From positions 1 to 64,000 of IMG/VR virus record IMGVR_UViG_3300020477_000014: 64,000 nt of DNA. One strand, 5' to 3'. The position numbers and the translations under genes were made by a program. The DNA is from a virus. The notes under the pieces were generated by a model. That model searched no databases, was not told the DNA's origin, and saw only the letters and a program-made list of their open reading frames with translations. Position 1 is the first letter of the stretch; each line of letters starts with the position of its first letter. Shown one piece after another: positions 17,146 to 25,594 of this stretch.

Positions 17146-17900
17146 ATCCCAAAGAAAGAGAATTGCTTAAAGATAATATAAGACGTTTAGTGCGTTTTGT
17201 CAAGCAAAAAAAACTAAATGAACAAGAAAAGATGAAAGAAGCGTTAAAAAAATTAATGATTCTTGAATTACAAAGCATGTTGTCAGAAAAACAAACACCT
17301 GACGTGAACCCTACTCCCAATAAGTCGACTGGAATTAATGTTTTGGAAGATTTATTAAAGAAGATTGTACCTGTATTAGAGATGGACTATAAACAACTTA
17401 CTACCGACATTGAACAGCGAACATCTTTTCGATCTCACATCATTAACGCCGTAATTACCACTCTAACTCCCGCAGAAATCAACAATGAAGCAGGGCCTGA
17501 AGATTTAGAAGAACAAGACATTGAAGTTCAAGTAGGTGATGAAGAAGGCGACAAATTCATTGATATCCGCACTGATGCAGAAAAAGCTGATGAAGAAGAA
17601 CCTGTGGATCCCAAAGACGAATTCGGATCTGGGATCGAAGGTGATGAGACTGGTAGGAACATGGCTTATTCATCTTTTAAAAAAATAGAAACCTCTGTGA
17701 TTGATAGTTATGAACTTCTCTCTAATCCAGAGGATCAAGAATTGTTTTATGATTATTTGATCGCCAATCTTAAACTTTATTTTGATAAATTCGAGGACGA
17801 ATTGGACCCCTCTGTGTCTGAACCAACAAATCAAGCATATGATATGGCTGCGGAAGATCCGATGGGCGGAGAAGATGAACTCGATATTGATCTGGGATAA
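17142..17900 (+). CDS. Acidic hypothetical protein
   Basis: 252-aa ORF, ATGA-coupled, D/E-rich; helical LKDNIRRLV and LMILEL segments. Confidence 0.7.
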   Translation: MNPKERELLKDNIRRLVRFVKQKKLNEQEKMKEALKKLMILELQSMLSEKQTPDVNPTPNKSTGINVLEDLLKKIVPVLEMDYKQLTTDIEQRTSFRSHIINAVITTLTPAEINNEAGPEDLEEQDIEVQVGDEEGDKFIDIRTDAEKADEEEPVDPKDEFGSGIEGDETGRNMAYSSFKKIETSVIDSYELLSNPEDQELFYDYLIANLKLYFDKFEDELDPSVSEPTNQAYDMAAEDPMGGEDELDIDLG

Positions 17901-17916
17901 AAAATAAACTTTTTTC

Positions 17917-17945
17917 TTGACAGACTGAATGAACCCTGTTATATT
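17917..17945 (+). promoter_or_regulatory. sigma70-type promoter
   Basis: TTGACA-17 nt-TATATT, extended TG, A/T-rich upstream tract. Confidence 0.75.
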
Positions 17946-18001
17946 GTTAGTATGTTCTGCAACCGGTCTTCTTAATCATTAAATTAATTATATAATATTA
18001 T

Positions 18002-18358
18002 ATGACTTATATAAATAAAAGATATAAAACTACCACATCTAAAAGTGTAATAATAAAATTAAGAGATGCTGGAAAAGTTAATGATGAGTTATTATCTTTG
18101 ATCTCAGGTCTTTCTTTGGAGGATCTTATTGCAGTCAAGCTTGAACTAGCATGCAATCATGTCAACAACCGATTGTATGGTTTCAGTATATGGAGTCAGT
18201 CTGCCAGGATCACCAAAGAAGCAATCCTAAAATTTGCTGTTTCTACAACAAAATCCAAAAAAGATGCAGCAAGATTTTTAGGAATCACTTATTTAGATTT
18301 GAAGAAGATTTTAAAAAAATTTGAAATTGACGACTACTTTAACAAGGAGAATCCTTAA
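18002..18358 (+). CDS. Protein with C-terminal Fis-type helix-turn-helix
   Basis: KEAILKFAVSTTKSKKDAARFLGITYLDLKKILKKF. Confidence 0.6.
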   Translation: MTYINKRYKTTTSKSVIIKLRDAGKVNDELLSLISGLSLEDLIAVKLELACNHVNNRLYGFSIWSQSARITKEAILKFAVSTTKSKKDAARFLGITYLDLKKILKKFEIDDYFNKENP

Positions 18359-18494
18359 GGCTAATTTATCTGAGACCGGAAAGGCTCCACGTCCATCAAT
18401 GAGCCTTTGAGCGAAAGCAAAGGGTATAAAAATAAACTGGGAATAGCAAGTGGTGAGCAAAAGATCCACGGCCATCATTTTTTAAGGAACTATT

Positions 18495-18704
18495 ATGGAT
18501 ACAGCCGATACAGGAAACGAAGACACAGGATTTCAGCATTACTGGGATGACGAACATGGTCACCAGAGTGCTGCTGAAATTGCTAATGAATCTGGTGGGA
18601 TAAGCTGCAACTCTTTGGGGCTTAAACCATTCTTCAGTCTTGTAATTGTGGTATTATTTTTTCTATTTTTACGTCAGTTCGATAAACGTACTGACTATTA
18701 CTAA
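18495..18704 (+). CDS. Small acidic protein with MYXO-CTERM-like C-terminal anchor
   Basis: DTADTG..DTG N-terminus; GGISC, hydrophobic helix FFSLVIVVLFFLFL, then RQFDKR. Confidence 0.5.
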   Translation: MDTADTGNEDTGFQHYWDDEHGHQSAAEIANESGGISCNSLGLKPFFSLVIVVLFFLFLRQFDKRTDYY

Positions 18705-18709
18705 TTAAC

Positions 18710-19047
18710 GGGGGCGCAATGGTTTCGACAGGGTAGAACTCGGAGGACGAGTGCAGGTAGGTAAGATACAACCTTAAAAGTTCAAACTGCTATAAACGCA
18801 AATAATAATAATCATTACGACGAAGTTCGCTTAGCGGCTTAATCGGGTGGCCGTCCGAGCCATCTAACCAAGAAGGACACAACAACAGATCAGTTGCAAA
18901 AATCAAACAACTCGATGCAACAGGGCAGTAAGCATCGTTTTAAAGCTGCCTATCTTTGTTAGCTTGTGATAGTAAACTAACTATGCCTGTGAATGACTCT
19001 ATTCTAAGCTGCTGTGGACGCGGGTTCGACTCCCGCCGCCTCCACCA
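18710..19047 (+). ncRNA. ssrA: tmRNA; tag reading frame 18798-18842 = ANNNNHYDEVRLAA*
   Basis: 5' GGGGGCG pairs with 3' CGCCTCC-ACCA including G3.U70; 5' TTTCGAC motif; T-arm GCGGGTTCGACTCCCGC; tag ends LAA-stop. Confidence 0.93.
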
Positions 19048-19068
19048 TTAACATCATAAGGAGATATT

Positions 19069-19896
19069 ATGAACATATTTGAATACAGCGAAGCAATTAG
19101 GAAAATGAGAGATTTTTTCCAAGGAGAAAAAGGATTTATAGAGATCCCTTCTCAATCTCGAAGGTCAATATTGGCTGCCTGCGAAGATCCTCAAACAATT
19201 AGTCAATATATTTTCAGCGGGGTAAACTGGCCGCTTCCTCAAACAGGACAAATGTGGCTTGAAAAAGAGTTACTAGACCACCCGAACGTTCCGGGTGTTT
19301 TTTGTATCTCGACGTCCTATCGCAATGAGCCGGATCCGATCCCCGGACGTCATGATAAAATTTTTCCAATGTTTGAGTTTGAGTCGCACGGAAGCGTCTC
19401 CGATATGATGACTATGGAGCGCGAGCTTTTAGAGCATCTAGGTTTTGGGACCGAACGCGCCGGCATTGAATACGATGCAGCTTGTGCACAACTTGGAACA
19501 GAGCACTTAGAAGCTGAGCATGAAGGTCAGCTACAAGATATGTTGGGAGATGTTATCTATTTGTATAATTTTCCTTTACGATCCGATCCGTTTTGGAACA
19601 TGAAACAGAAAGAAGGCGGATCTCATTTTAATAAAGTAGATGTTCTGCTATATGGGATGGAAACAATCGGAAGCGCCGAACGCTCTTGTGATGTGGACGA
19701 AATGAGGAACTTGTTTTATACAATTTCTGACGGACAGTATGCAAAACTTCTCTTTAATCACTTTGGTAAATTGAGAGTAGAAAGAGAACTAGAAAGCTAT
19801 TTTTCATTAAATATGTTCCAAAGGTTTGGGGGCGGAATAGGACTGACGCGCATGTGTCGTGCGCTTAGATTGTTAGAAGAATCGAAGCAGAAATAA
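19069..19896 (+). CDS. Class II aaRS (Asx-type) catalytic-domain-only homolog; possible asparagine synthetase or amino acid ligase
   Basis: Motif 2 YRNE...RHDKIFPMFEFE, motif 3 FGGGIGLTRM; no N-terminal anticodon-binding domain; 275 aa. Confidence 0.75.
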   Translation: MNIFEYSEAIRKMRDFFQGEKGFIEIPSQSRRSILAACEDPQTISQYIFSGVNWPLPQTGQMWLEKELLDHPNVPGVFCISTSYRNEPDPIPGRHDKIFPMFEFESHGSVSDMMTMERELLEHLGFGTERAGIEYDAACAQLGTEHLEAEHEGQLQDMLGDVIYLYNFPLRSDPFWNMKQKEGGSHFNKVDVLLYGMETIGSAERSCDVDEMRNLFYTISDGQYAKLLFNHFGKLRVERELESYFSLNMFQRFGGGIGLTRMCRALRLLEESKQK

Positions 19897-20000
19897 TGAC
19901 CTTTTTTAGATTTACAGAGCTATTTAAAAGCAACAATAAAAATAAAGAAACGTGTTCAACATGCGGATGTAACCCCTGCGATTGTGATTGGGGGAATTAA
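19896..20000 (+). CDS. Cys-rich microprotein, 34 aa (not in ORF track)
   Basis: TAATG coupling; MTFFRFTELFKSNNKNKETCSTCGCNPCDCDWGN*. Confidence 0.6.
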   Translation: MTFFRFTELFKSNNKNKETCSTCGCNPCDCDWGN

Positions 20001-20014
20001 CAAGGGATTTTTAA

Positions 20015-20311
20015 ATGTTTTTATTATTAATTGGTGCTTTGGCACATGCTATGGTGTCGGTTGTGATAGTGAACAATACTCGGTTTGAGTTTGATGTAGG
20101 TAAACAAGTAAAACCCTATATATCGAATGAAGTAGCTTTAAATCCTCACCATTTGTCCCATGTTTTGGACAAGAATAAATTTCGGGTCGGAATCAGACAC
20201 AAAGCAAACGATCATGTGAAGTTGGATCCTCACATTTTTATCCAACATCAACGTAAGAATGATTGGATTCTAGAGTATGGACCCACTCTTCGTTTAGATG
20301 TTAATTTCTAA
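20015..20311 (+). CDS. Secreted beta-strand-rich hypothetical protein
   Basis: Signal-like N-terminus; alternating hydrophobic strands; ends LRLDVNF. Confidence 0.5.
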   Translation: MFLLLIGALAHAMVSVVIVNNTRFEFDVGKQVKPYISNEVALNPHHLSHVLDKNKFRVGIRHKANDHVKLDPHIFIQHQRKNDWILEYGPTLRLDVNF

Positions 20312-20324
20312 GGAAAGGTGAGAG

Positions 20325-21278
20325 ATGACTTTATCAATGATCTTTGGTGGCGTTGGGTTCCTTTTGGCAGCTTATGCTGTCATTGGGAACGATAGCGCCC
20401 AAACGTTGGGAACTTTTATTAGTTCCAACAAGAAAAAAACTGACTGGAGAATAATGTGGGCGTTTGCTTCTGTTATTCTTGCCGCCACCTTGTTATATGG
20501 ATGGGGCCAGGGAGATATTGCCTTCGGGAGACTAAACAAGATTCCACTCCCAGAGCAATTCCAATGGTATCATGCTTTGGCTCCAATGTTGTTGTTAGGG
20601 CTCACTCGTTTTGGTGTGCCTGTTTCGACGACACTTTTAACTCTTAGTGCATTTTCAAGTGGATTAGTATTAGAGAAAATTATTATAAAGTCGGCTCTAG
20701 GATATGGCGTTGCCGCAGTCGCTGCATATGCTATTTGGATGACTCTTACTCGATTTTTCAATGAGAAGAATCCAGTAAAACAAGAACATAAGCGATACTG
20801 GAAGATAGCCCAATGGTGTTCTACAGGTTTCCTTTGGCACATGTGGCTTTCTCATGATATAGCCAATATTTTTGTTTATTTGCCCAGGGAGGGTGTATCT
20901 CTTCTAACAATGCTTGGAATTATTGGGATCCTTGTAGCCGGCTTAGGTCATTTGTTCTATACTCATGGCGGCAAGATCCAAGAACTTGTTCTTTCTAAAA
21001 GTGGAACTCGCTTTGTACGTTCTGCTTGTTTGATCGACTTGTTTTATGCCATGGTATTATGGTATTTTAAGATATATAACGACATACCGATGAGTACGAC
21101 GTGGGTGTTTGTTGGTCTTTTAGCTGGACGAGAATTGGCTGTATATCGCACTTTTAATAAAGATAAAGAAATTAACGTTATTTTCCCGTTGCTCGTTAGT
21201 GATTTTCTAAAAATCATGTTAGGGCTTGCGCTGTCTGTGGCGGTGGTCTCTGGTGTTATTTATTTTGATTCAATGTAA
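20325..21278 (+). CDS. PiT-like (inorganic phosphate) transporter
   Basis: Many TM helices; repeated signatures GNDSAQTLGT and SHDIANIF; PVSTT and PMSTT. Confidence 0.7.
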   Translation: MTLSMIFGGVGFLLAAYAVIGNDSAQTLGTFISSNKKKTDWRIMWAFASVILAATLLYGWGQGDIAFGRLNKIPLPEQFQWYHALAPMLLLGLTRFGVPVSTTLLTLSAFSSGLVLEKIIIKSALGYGVAAVAAYAIWMTLTRFFNEKNPVKQEHKRYWKIAQWCSTGFLWHMWLSHDIANIFVYLPREGVSLLTMLGIIGILVAGLGHLFYTHGGKIQELVLSKSGTRFVRSACLIDLFYAMVLWYFKIYNDIPMSTTWVFVGLLAGRELAVYRTFNKDKEINVIFPLLVSDFLKIMLGLALSVAVVSGVIYFDSM

Positions 21279-21308
21279 AGAAAAATCAATTTCTTTTACA
21301 TATTTTAC

Positions 21309-21336
21309 TTGACATATAAAAAAATGTGCTTATATT
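21309..21336 (+). promoter_or_regulatory. sigma70-type promoter of hsp20
   Basis: TTGACA-16 nt-TATATT. Confidence 0.6.
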
Positions 21337-21340
21337 TATC

Positions 21341-21403
21341 ATATGGTGCCGAAAGGACCATATTTCAAGTCATACTTGCTTAAAATAAGGAGAAGACAAA
21401 ATG
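21341..21403 (+). promoter_or_regulatory. ROSE-like RNA thermometer in the hsp20 5' UTR
   Basis: Hairpin ATATGGT-G-CC-GAAA-GG-ACCATAT; TTGCT (21376-21380) can pair with SD AAGGAG (21387-21392) with a bulged G. Confidence 0.65.
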
Positions 21404-21826
21404 ACACAACTTATACGAAGAACCCCTGCTGTATTGGGTAGAACAGCCTTTGATCACCTCTTTCATCAATTCTTTGATGATCCTCGTCCGATGATCAAGC
21501 GATCAACTGACGGGTATCCTTTGACAGATATTTATAAGGATGCTGAGGATAATCAAATCATTGAAGTGGCACTTGCTGGATTTGCCAAAGAAGATTTGTG
21601 CATCGAGATCAAAGAAAATACGATCACTATTTGCTCAGATTCCAAGAGCGAAGACGACACCGGCATAATGCGCCGAATTGCTCGCCGATCGTTTAATAAG
21701 ACCTTTGTAGACTACAATAATACGCTAGATTTAGCCAAGTCTAGTGCTACTTTTGAGAATGGTTTGTTGAAAATTACCATCCCCCAAGTTGCAGAAAAGC
21801 AGGCTATTTTGATCGATATTGCATAG
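21401..21826 (+). CDS. hsp20: Small heat-shock protein, Hsp20/IbpA family
   Basis: YPLTDIY, IEVALAGF, IARRSF, ATFENGLLKITIP. Confidence 0.93.
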   Translation: MTQLIRRTPAVLGRTAFDHLFHQFFDDPRPMIKRSTDGYPLTDIYKDAEDNQIIEVALAGFAKEDLCIEIKENTITICSDSKSEDDTGIMRRIARRSFNKTFVDYNNTLDLAKSSATFENGLLKITIPQVAEKQAILIDIA

Positions 21827-21833
21827 TAGCGCC

Positions 21834-21841
21834 CTAGTTAC
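21834..21841 (+). promoter_or_regulatory. Putative phage promoter motif CTAGTTAC
   Basis: Intergenic, before ATG 21847. Confidence 0.4.
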
Positions 21842-21846
21842 TACTG

Positions 21847-22050
21847 ATGAAGAATGAGCTAGCCGTAGTACAAGAAAATACCTACTATAGAATAAAGGAA
21901 GATTTCGGTATTCTTAAGAAAGGCATGCGGTGCTATTGCTACGCTCATGATTCTGACAGTATTATTTTATTTTTCGAAAAACCACCCATTGGCGACACTC
22001 AAGAGATTAAATTGTCGAAAAAAAGAGCCGATATTTTAGAAAGATTGTAA
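21847..22050 (+). CDS. Small hypothetical protein
   Basis: 67-aa ORF in a co-directional array. Confidence 0.55.
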   Translation: MKNELAVVQENTYYRIKEDFGILKKGMRCYCYAHDSDSIILFFEKPPIGDTQEIKLSKKRADILERL

Positions 22051-22051
22051 A

Positions 22052-22336
22052 ATGGACAGTTATAAACTCCAGATCATTTTGGATCCCGATCGTTTGAATT
22101 TAAAATCCAGATTTAAAGTGGGAGATCTTGTAGCTTTGTCCGGAGATGTAACTGTAGATATGATCATTCGAGATATTAATAAATGCCGCGCTGGCATTGT
22201 TACTAAAGTTCGCTTTTTCACTAAAGAATCTTTTAATTATATCGCCGACATCAAAACTATATGCGAACTTGAGGTGCTTTGGACACCGAGCCAGTTGGTA
22301 ACATTTGAAATGGAAAATCGTTTAGTTAAATTATAA
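22052..22336 (+). CDS. SH3/KOW-like protein
   Basis: FKVGDLVAL...AGIVTKV...LEVLWT...EMENRLVKL. Confidence 0.65.
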   Translation: MDSYKLQIILDPDRLNLKSRFKVGDLVALSGDVTVDMIIRDINKCRAGIVTKVRFFTKESFNYIADIKTICELEVLWTPSQLVTFEMENRLVKL

Positions 22337-22346
22337 TGGAGTAATC

Positions 22347-23207
22347 ATGTTTTTGTTTTTGTGGCTTTCGTGCACCACCGATGTGCAGATAGCGAAAGTA
22401 AATGAACCTTCCCACGACACTAGCGAGATAGTCATAGTTGACAGCGCAGAGCCCTCTTCTGAGCCAAACACACCGCCAGCAGGCATATCTGGCTATACTT
22501 ACCTCCACTTGAAACAGGTAGCGTGTCCAGCATGCGTTGGAGAGACTCAAGAGATTACAATTACATTTAGTGGCGAGTTTCATGAACCTATTTCAGACAA
22601 TCATACTGAATGGCTGCCGGCAGCGGGTGAATGTACTACTAATTTGACCGGAATAGATCCATCAACTGTTCCTTTAAATGTAGGTCAATCTATTGCAATT
22701 GCGGGGACCGGTCATAACTTTAACGCTCCTATGTTGAGTCACGGATATTATGAAACCACAAATATTTGGGAATCTCAACTTCAACGCGACGCCAACTATA
22801 ACGTTACGACTGACGAAGGAGATTATTCATTTGTGTCTTCTCATGGTTTCGATTATATAGAGCCATGGGAAATGTTGTGGGTTGATCCTTCTTACGCTTT
22901 TGCCGCCGTAATTAGCCGTAGCGGCACTTCTTTCTTTTGGGGACCCTCTGGTACCGATTCTTCTTTCATGGTGCTTGTAGCGGTCTACAGCTATGATGGA
23001 AGCCAAATGCTGGGATATGTTGCATGTGGTGGGGAAGATAATGGCTCGATGGCAATTCCTTCACAATATTTACAATACCCTGTTGGTTCTTTGGTAGCAA
23101 TTCATCTTTCGCGTCATAAAATTAAATTAGTAGAGACAGATATCAACAATTCCTATATTGAAACTCACATGGAATGGGAAGTGATCGGAACAGGACATAT
23201 AGAGTGA
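22347..23207 (+). CDS. Putative lipoprotein
   Basis: Short lipobox-type start MFLFLWLSC; acidic/Pro linker; CPAC motif. Confidence 0.65.
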   Translation: MFLFLWLSCTTDVQIAKVNEPSHDTSEIVIVDSAEPSSEPNTPPAGISGYTYLHLKQVACPACVGETQEITITFSGEFHEPISDNHTEWLPAAGECTTNLTGIDPSTVPLNVGQSIAIAGTGHNFNAPMLSHGYYETTNIWESQLQRDANYNVTTDEGDYSFVSSHGFDYIEPWEMLWVDPSYAFAAVISRSGTSFFWGPSGTDSSFMVLVAVYSYDGSQMLGYVACGGEDNGSMAIPSQYLQYPVGSLVAIHLSRHKIKLVETDINNSYIETHMEWEVIGTGHIE

Positions 23208-23419
23208 CAGAAACCGGTTTTAAATTTCATGTGGATGAGTGGATTCTATACGCCCCCTTCCCTGACGCTAAAGATGAAAATTTGAGGAAAACTCGACAAA
23301 AAGCGGTTATTTTGTATGTTTATTATGACGATCGGGACCGCTGTAATCGTTATAGGATCTTCATTAACATGCATGGAAAGACAATAAATACCACGGAAGA
23401 CAAACTTTTTCCTTTGTAG
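23174..23419 (+). CDS. Small SH3-like protein (start uncertain)
   Basis: AVILYVY...YRIFI...TTEDKLFPL. Confidence 0.45.
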   Translation: MGSDRNRTYRVTETGFKFHVDEWILYAPFPDAKDENLRKTRQKAVILYVYYDDRDRCNRYRIFINMHGKTINTTEDKLFPL

Positions 23420-23449
23420 ATTCCTAACTACTATAGGGGGGTTTCATGA

Positions 23450-24511
23450 ATGATATTTTATTTATTGTCCGCCTTGTTTGTGATTTCTGGCTGTAGTCCC
23501 GACTATGGGATGTATTATAACAAGGTGTTTGTCGAAGAGAACACAGAACCAGAAGTTATTGTAGTAACTGAAACTGAGTATGTTCCTATAGTAGTGCCGG
23601 AGTATATTGAAGTAGAAGTAATTGTAGAAGTAGAAGTTGAGGCAGAATATGGAGAAATTTGGGTAGACTCGTTTACTCAACTAAGAAGTGTCGACGGCGT
23701 AGATATTGTCTGGGTAATAGACACTTCCGGTTCGATGACTTCATATAGTTCACAACTACTTTTAGGAATCGAAACAATGCTTAACGCCCTACCAACCAAT
23801 CAATGGCGCCTAGCTATGGTAGCCGCAGATCCTTATTATGCTTACCAAGAAGCTCAGTTTCCATTGCTGCCGGGCGATACCATAACGGATGCCCAAAATA
23901 TGTACAACAATATGTTACGAGGGCACCACGAGAGAGGTTTTGACGCGCTTTATGAGTTTCTCGTCAACAACCAATACGCACAATCTTGGCTGAGACCAGA
24001 TGCCGCATTGTTGGTTGTTTTTGTTTCAGATGAAGAAGAGCAAAGTAGTCAACATTTCTCCAATTATACACAATTTTATAACTGGTATAGCATCCAACGA
24101 GGTGGTTCTGTGTTTGCTGCGAGTATTAATAATTATCCGGATTCTGTTAGTTTGTGTTCTCATTATGTTAATCCGACGTATGTGGGGTATGAATATATGG
24201 ATTTGGTAAGTTTGATGGGGGGTCAAAGTGTAGATATTTGTGATTCAGATTGGTCAGCCGGCGTAATCGATGCATCAAATCAAGTTCAACCATATGAAAG
24301 CTGGCCACTCACACACACTCCACACATCGAAGATTCAATTAGAGTGTTCATTGACGGACAACTTAATTGGGATTGGTATTATAATTCTTCAGATAATACT
24401 ATTTATTTTACAACGATTCCCGATGGAGATGCGTTGGTAGAGATTGGTTATCTTTATCTTCCAGCCCCTGTTGATACTGGTGATACGGGCTTGGCAGATA
24501 CCGGAAATTAA
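23450..24511 (+). CDS. Lipoprotein with von Willebrand A (MIDAS) domain
   Basis: Lipobox ISGC; DIVWVIDTSGSM (DxSxS); LLVVFVSDEEEQS; C-terminal DTGDTG. Confidence 0.8.
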   Translation: MIFYLLSALFVISGCSPDYGMYYNKVFVEENTEPEVIVVTETEYVPIVVPEYIEVEVIVEVEVEAEYGEIWVDSFTQLRSVDGVDIVWVIDTSGSMTSYSSQLLLGIETMLNALPTNQWRLAMVAADPYYAYQEAQFPLLPGDTITDAQNMYNNMLRGHHERGFDALYEFLVNNQYAQSWLRPDAALLVVFVSDEEEQSSQHFSNYTQFYNWYSIQRGGSVFAASINNYPDSVSLCSHYVNPTYVGYEYMDLVSLMGGQSVDICDSDWSAGVIDASNQVQPYESWPLTHTPHIEDSIRVFIDGQLNWDWYYNSSDNTIYFTTIPDGDALVEIGYLYLPAPVDTGDTGLADTGN

Positions 24512-24763
24512 ATGAATTTAATATTTACATTTATAAGTGGGGTGTTATTTTGTTGGTGTATATACGATCTGCGGCGCATGAGGGCGGATATCAAAGCTTT
24601 AACAGAAAGAGTTTTAAAATTAGAAGATAAAAAATTTGACAACTCGATGCTAACGAGTTATAATAAAGAAAGAGAAGATTCTATTGATAGAATGATAAAA
24701 ATGAAACTAGTCTACAATCCCGATACCTTTGAGTGGGATAAACTAAAAGAATTAGAGGAATAA
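24512..24763 (+). CDS. Membrane-anchored coiled-coil protein
   Basis: N-terminal TM helix, then heptads. Confidence 0.55.
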   Translation: MNLIFTFISGVLFCWCIYDLRRMRADIKALTERVLKLEDKKFDNSMLTSYNKEREDSIDRMIKMKLVYNPDTFEWDKLKELEE

Positions 24764-25594
24764 ATGAGTCGCAAAGAACAATTGGTGTTATTTGATGTCG
24801 ACGGGACTCTAAGCCAGCCACGACAACCTATTCAAAAAAGAATTTTATTAGCATTGCACCATTTGGCAAAAGAAGCCGAAATTGGGTTTGTTACTGGTTC
24901 TGGAATGGAATATATCAAAGAACAACTCTGGCCGGCATTGAACGATCCGGTGATTCGTGATAATTGCCATTTGCTGCCTTGTAACGGAACGGAATATATT
25001 GTTCCCTTCGGGGAGACTTTTGATGATTTAGGATACAAAATGATCTCGCGAGAGATAATGCGCAAAAAGATTGGCGACGAATCATTTTATAAAGTTATGC
25101 ATAAAATATGTTTTTTACAAAATGAGCTTTTACAACAAAATCCTTATTTACCAGCAACAGGTCATTTTGTTCAGAACCGACAATCAATGTTGAACTGGTG
25201 CCCAATTGGTCGCAATGCTGACATTGAACAGCGCGCTGTTTTTCAAACCTTAGACAAGACATTTAAGATTAGAGAAAAATATCTTGAAGAATTGAAATCA
25301 TTTGCCTCTACAATGAATATTGACATTACCATTAAATTAGGGGGAGACACCTCTTTCGATATTTATCCAACCGGTTGGGACAAAACCTATGCGCTGACTC
25401 ATTTTGATGAAAAAAAATGGGATTTCTGGTTTATAGGAGATCGCTGTGAAGAGTCGGGCAATGATTACGAACTTTATGAGTTTTTAAAACCCTACCGTCG
25501 CGCCTTCAAGACAACCGGACCAGAAGAGACTGTGGATTTAATTGATTGGTATATCTTACAAGATCTTAGAAAGAGGAAAGAAACAGATGAGTGA
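24764..25594 (+). CDS. Eukaryote-type (HAD-IIB, PMM2/Sec53-like) phosphomannomutase
   Basis: LFDVDGTLSQPR, NRQSMLNWCPIGR, GGDTSFDIYPTGWDKTY, FIGDR...GNDYE. Confidence 0.85.
   Translation: MSRKEQLVLFDVDGTLSQPRQPIQKRILLALHHLAKEAEIGFVTGSGMEYIKEQLWPALNDPVIRDNCHLLPCNGTEYIVPFGETFDDLGYKMISREIMRKKIGDESFYKVMHKICFLQNELLQQNPYLPATGHFVQNRQSMLNWCPIGRNADIEQRAVFQTLDKTFKIREKYLEELKSFASTMNIDITIKLGGDTSFDIYPTGWDKTYALTHFDEKKWDFWFIGDRCEESGNDYELYEFLKPYRRAFKTTGPEETVDLIDWYILQDLRKRKETDE

Noticed and set aside
18359-18494. TPP riboswitch, RNase P RNA or SRP RNA
   Set aside because: Only fragments (CTGAGA, GGAAAG, CCGGAA) match; the other conserved elements are missing
19018-19047. Stand-alone tRNA from GGTTCGACTCC...ACCA
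   Set aside because: No anticodon arm; it is the 3' tRNA-like domain of the tmRNA
19069-19896. Canonical Asn- or Asp-tRNA synthetase
   Set aside because: Too short and lacks the anticodon-binding domain
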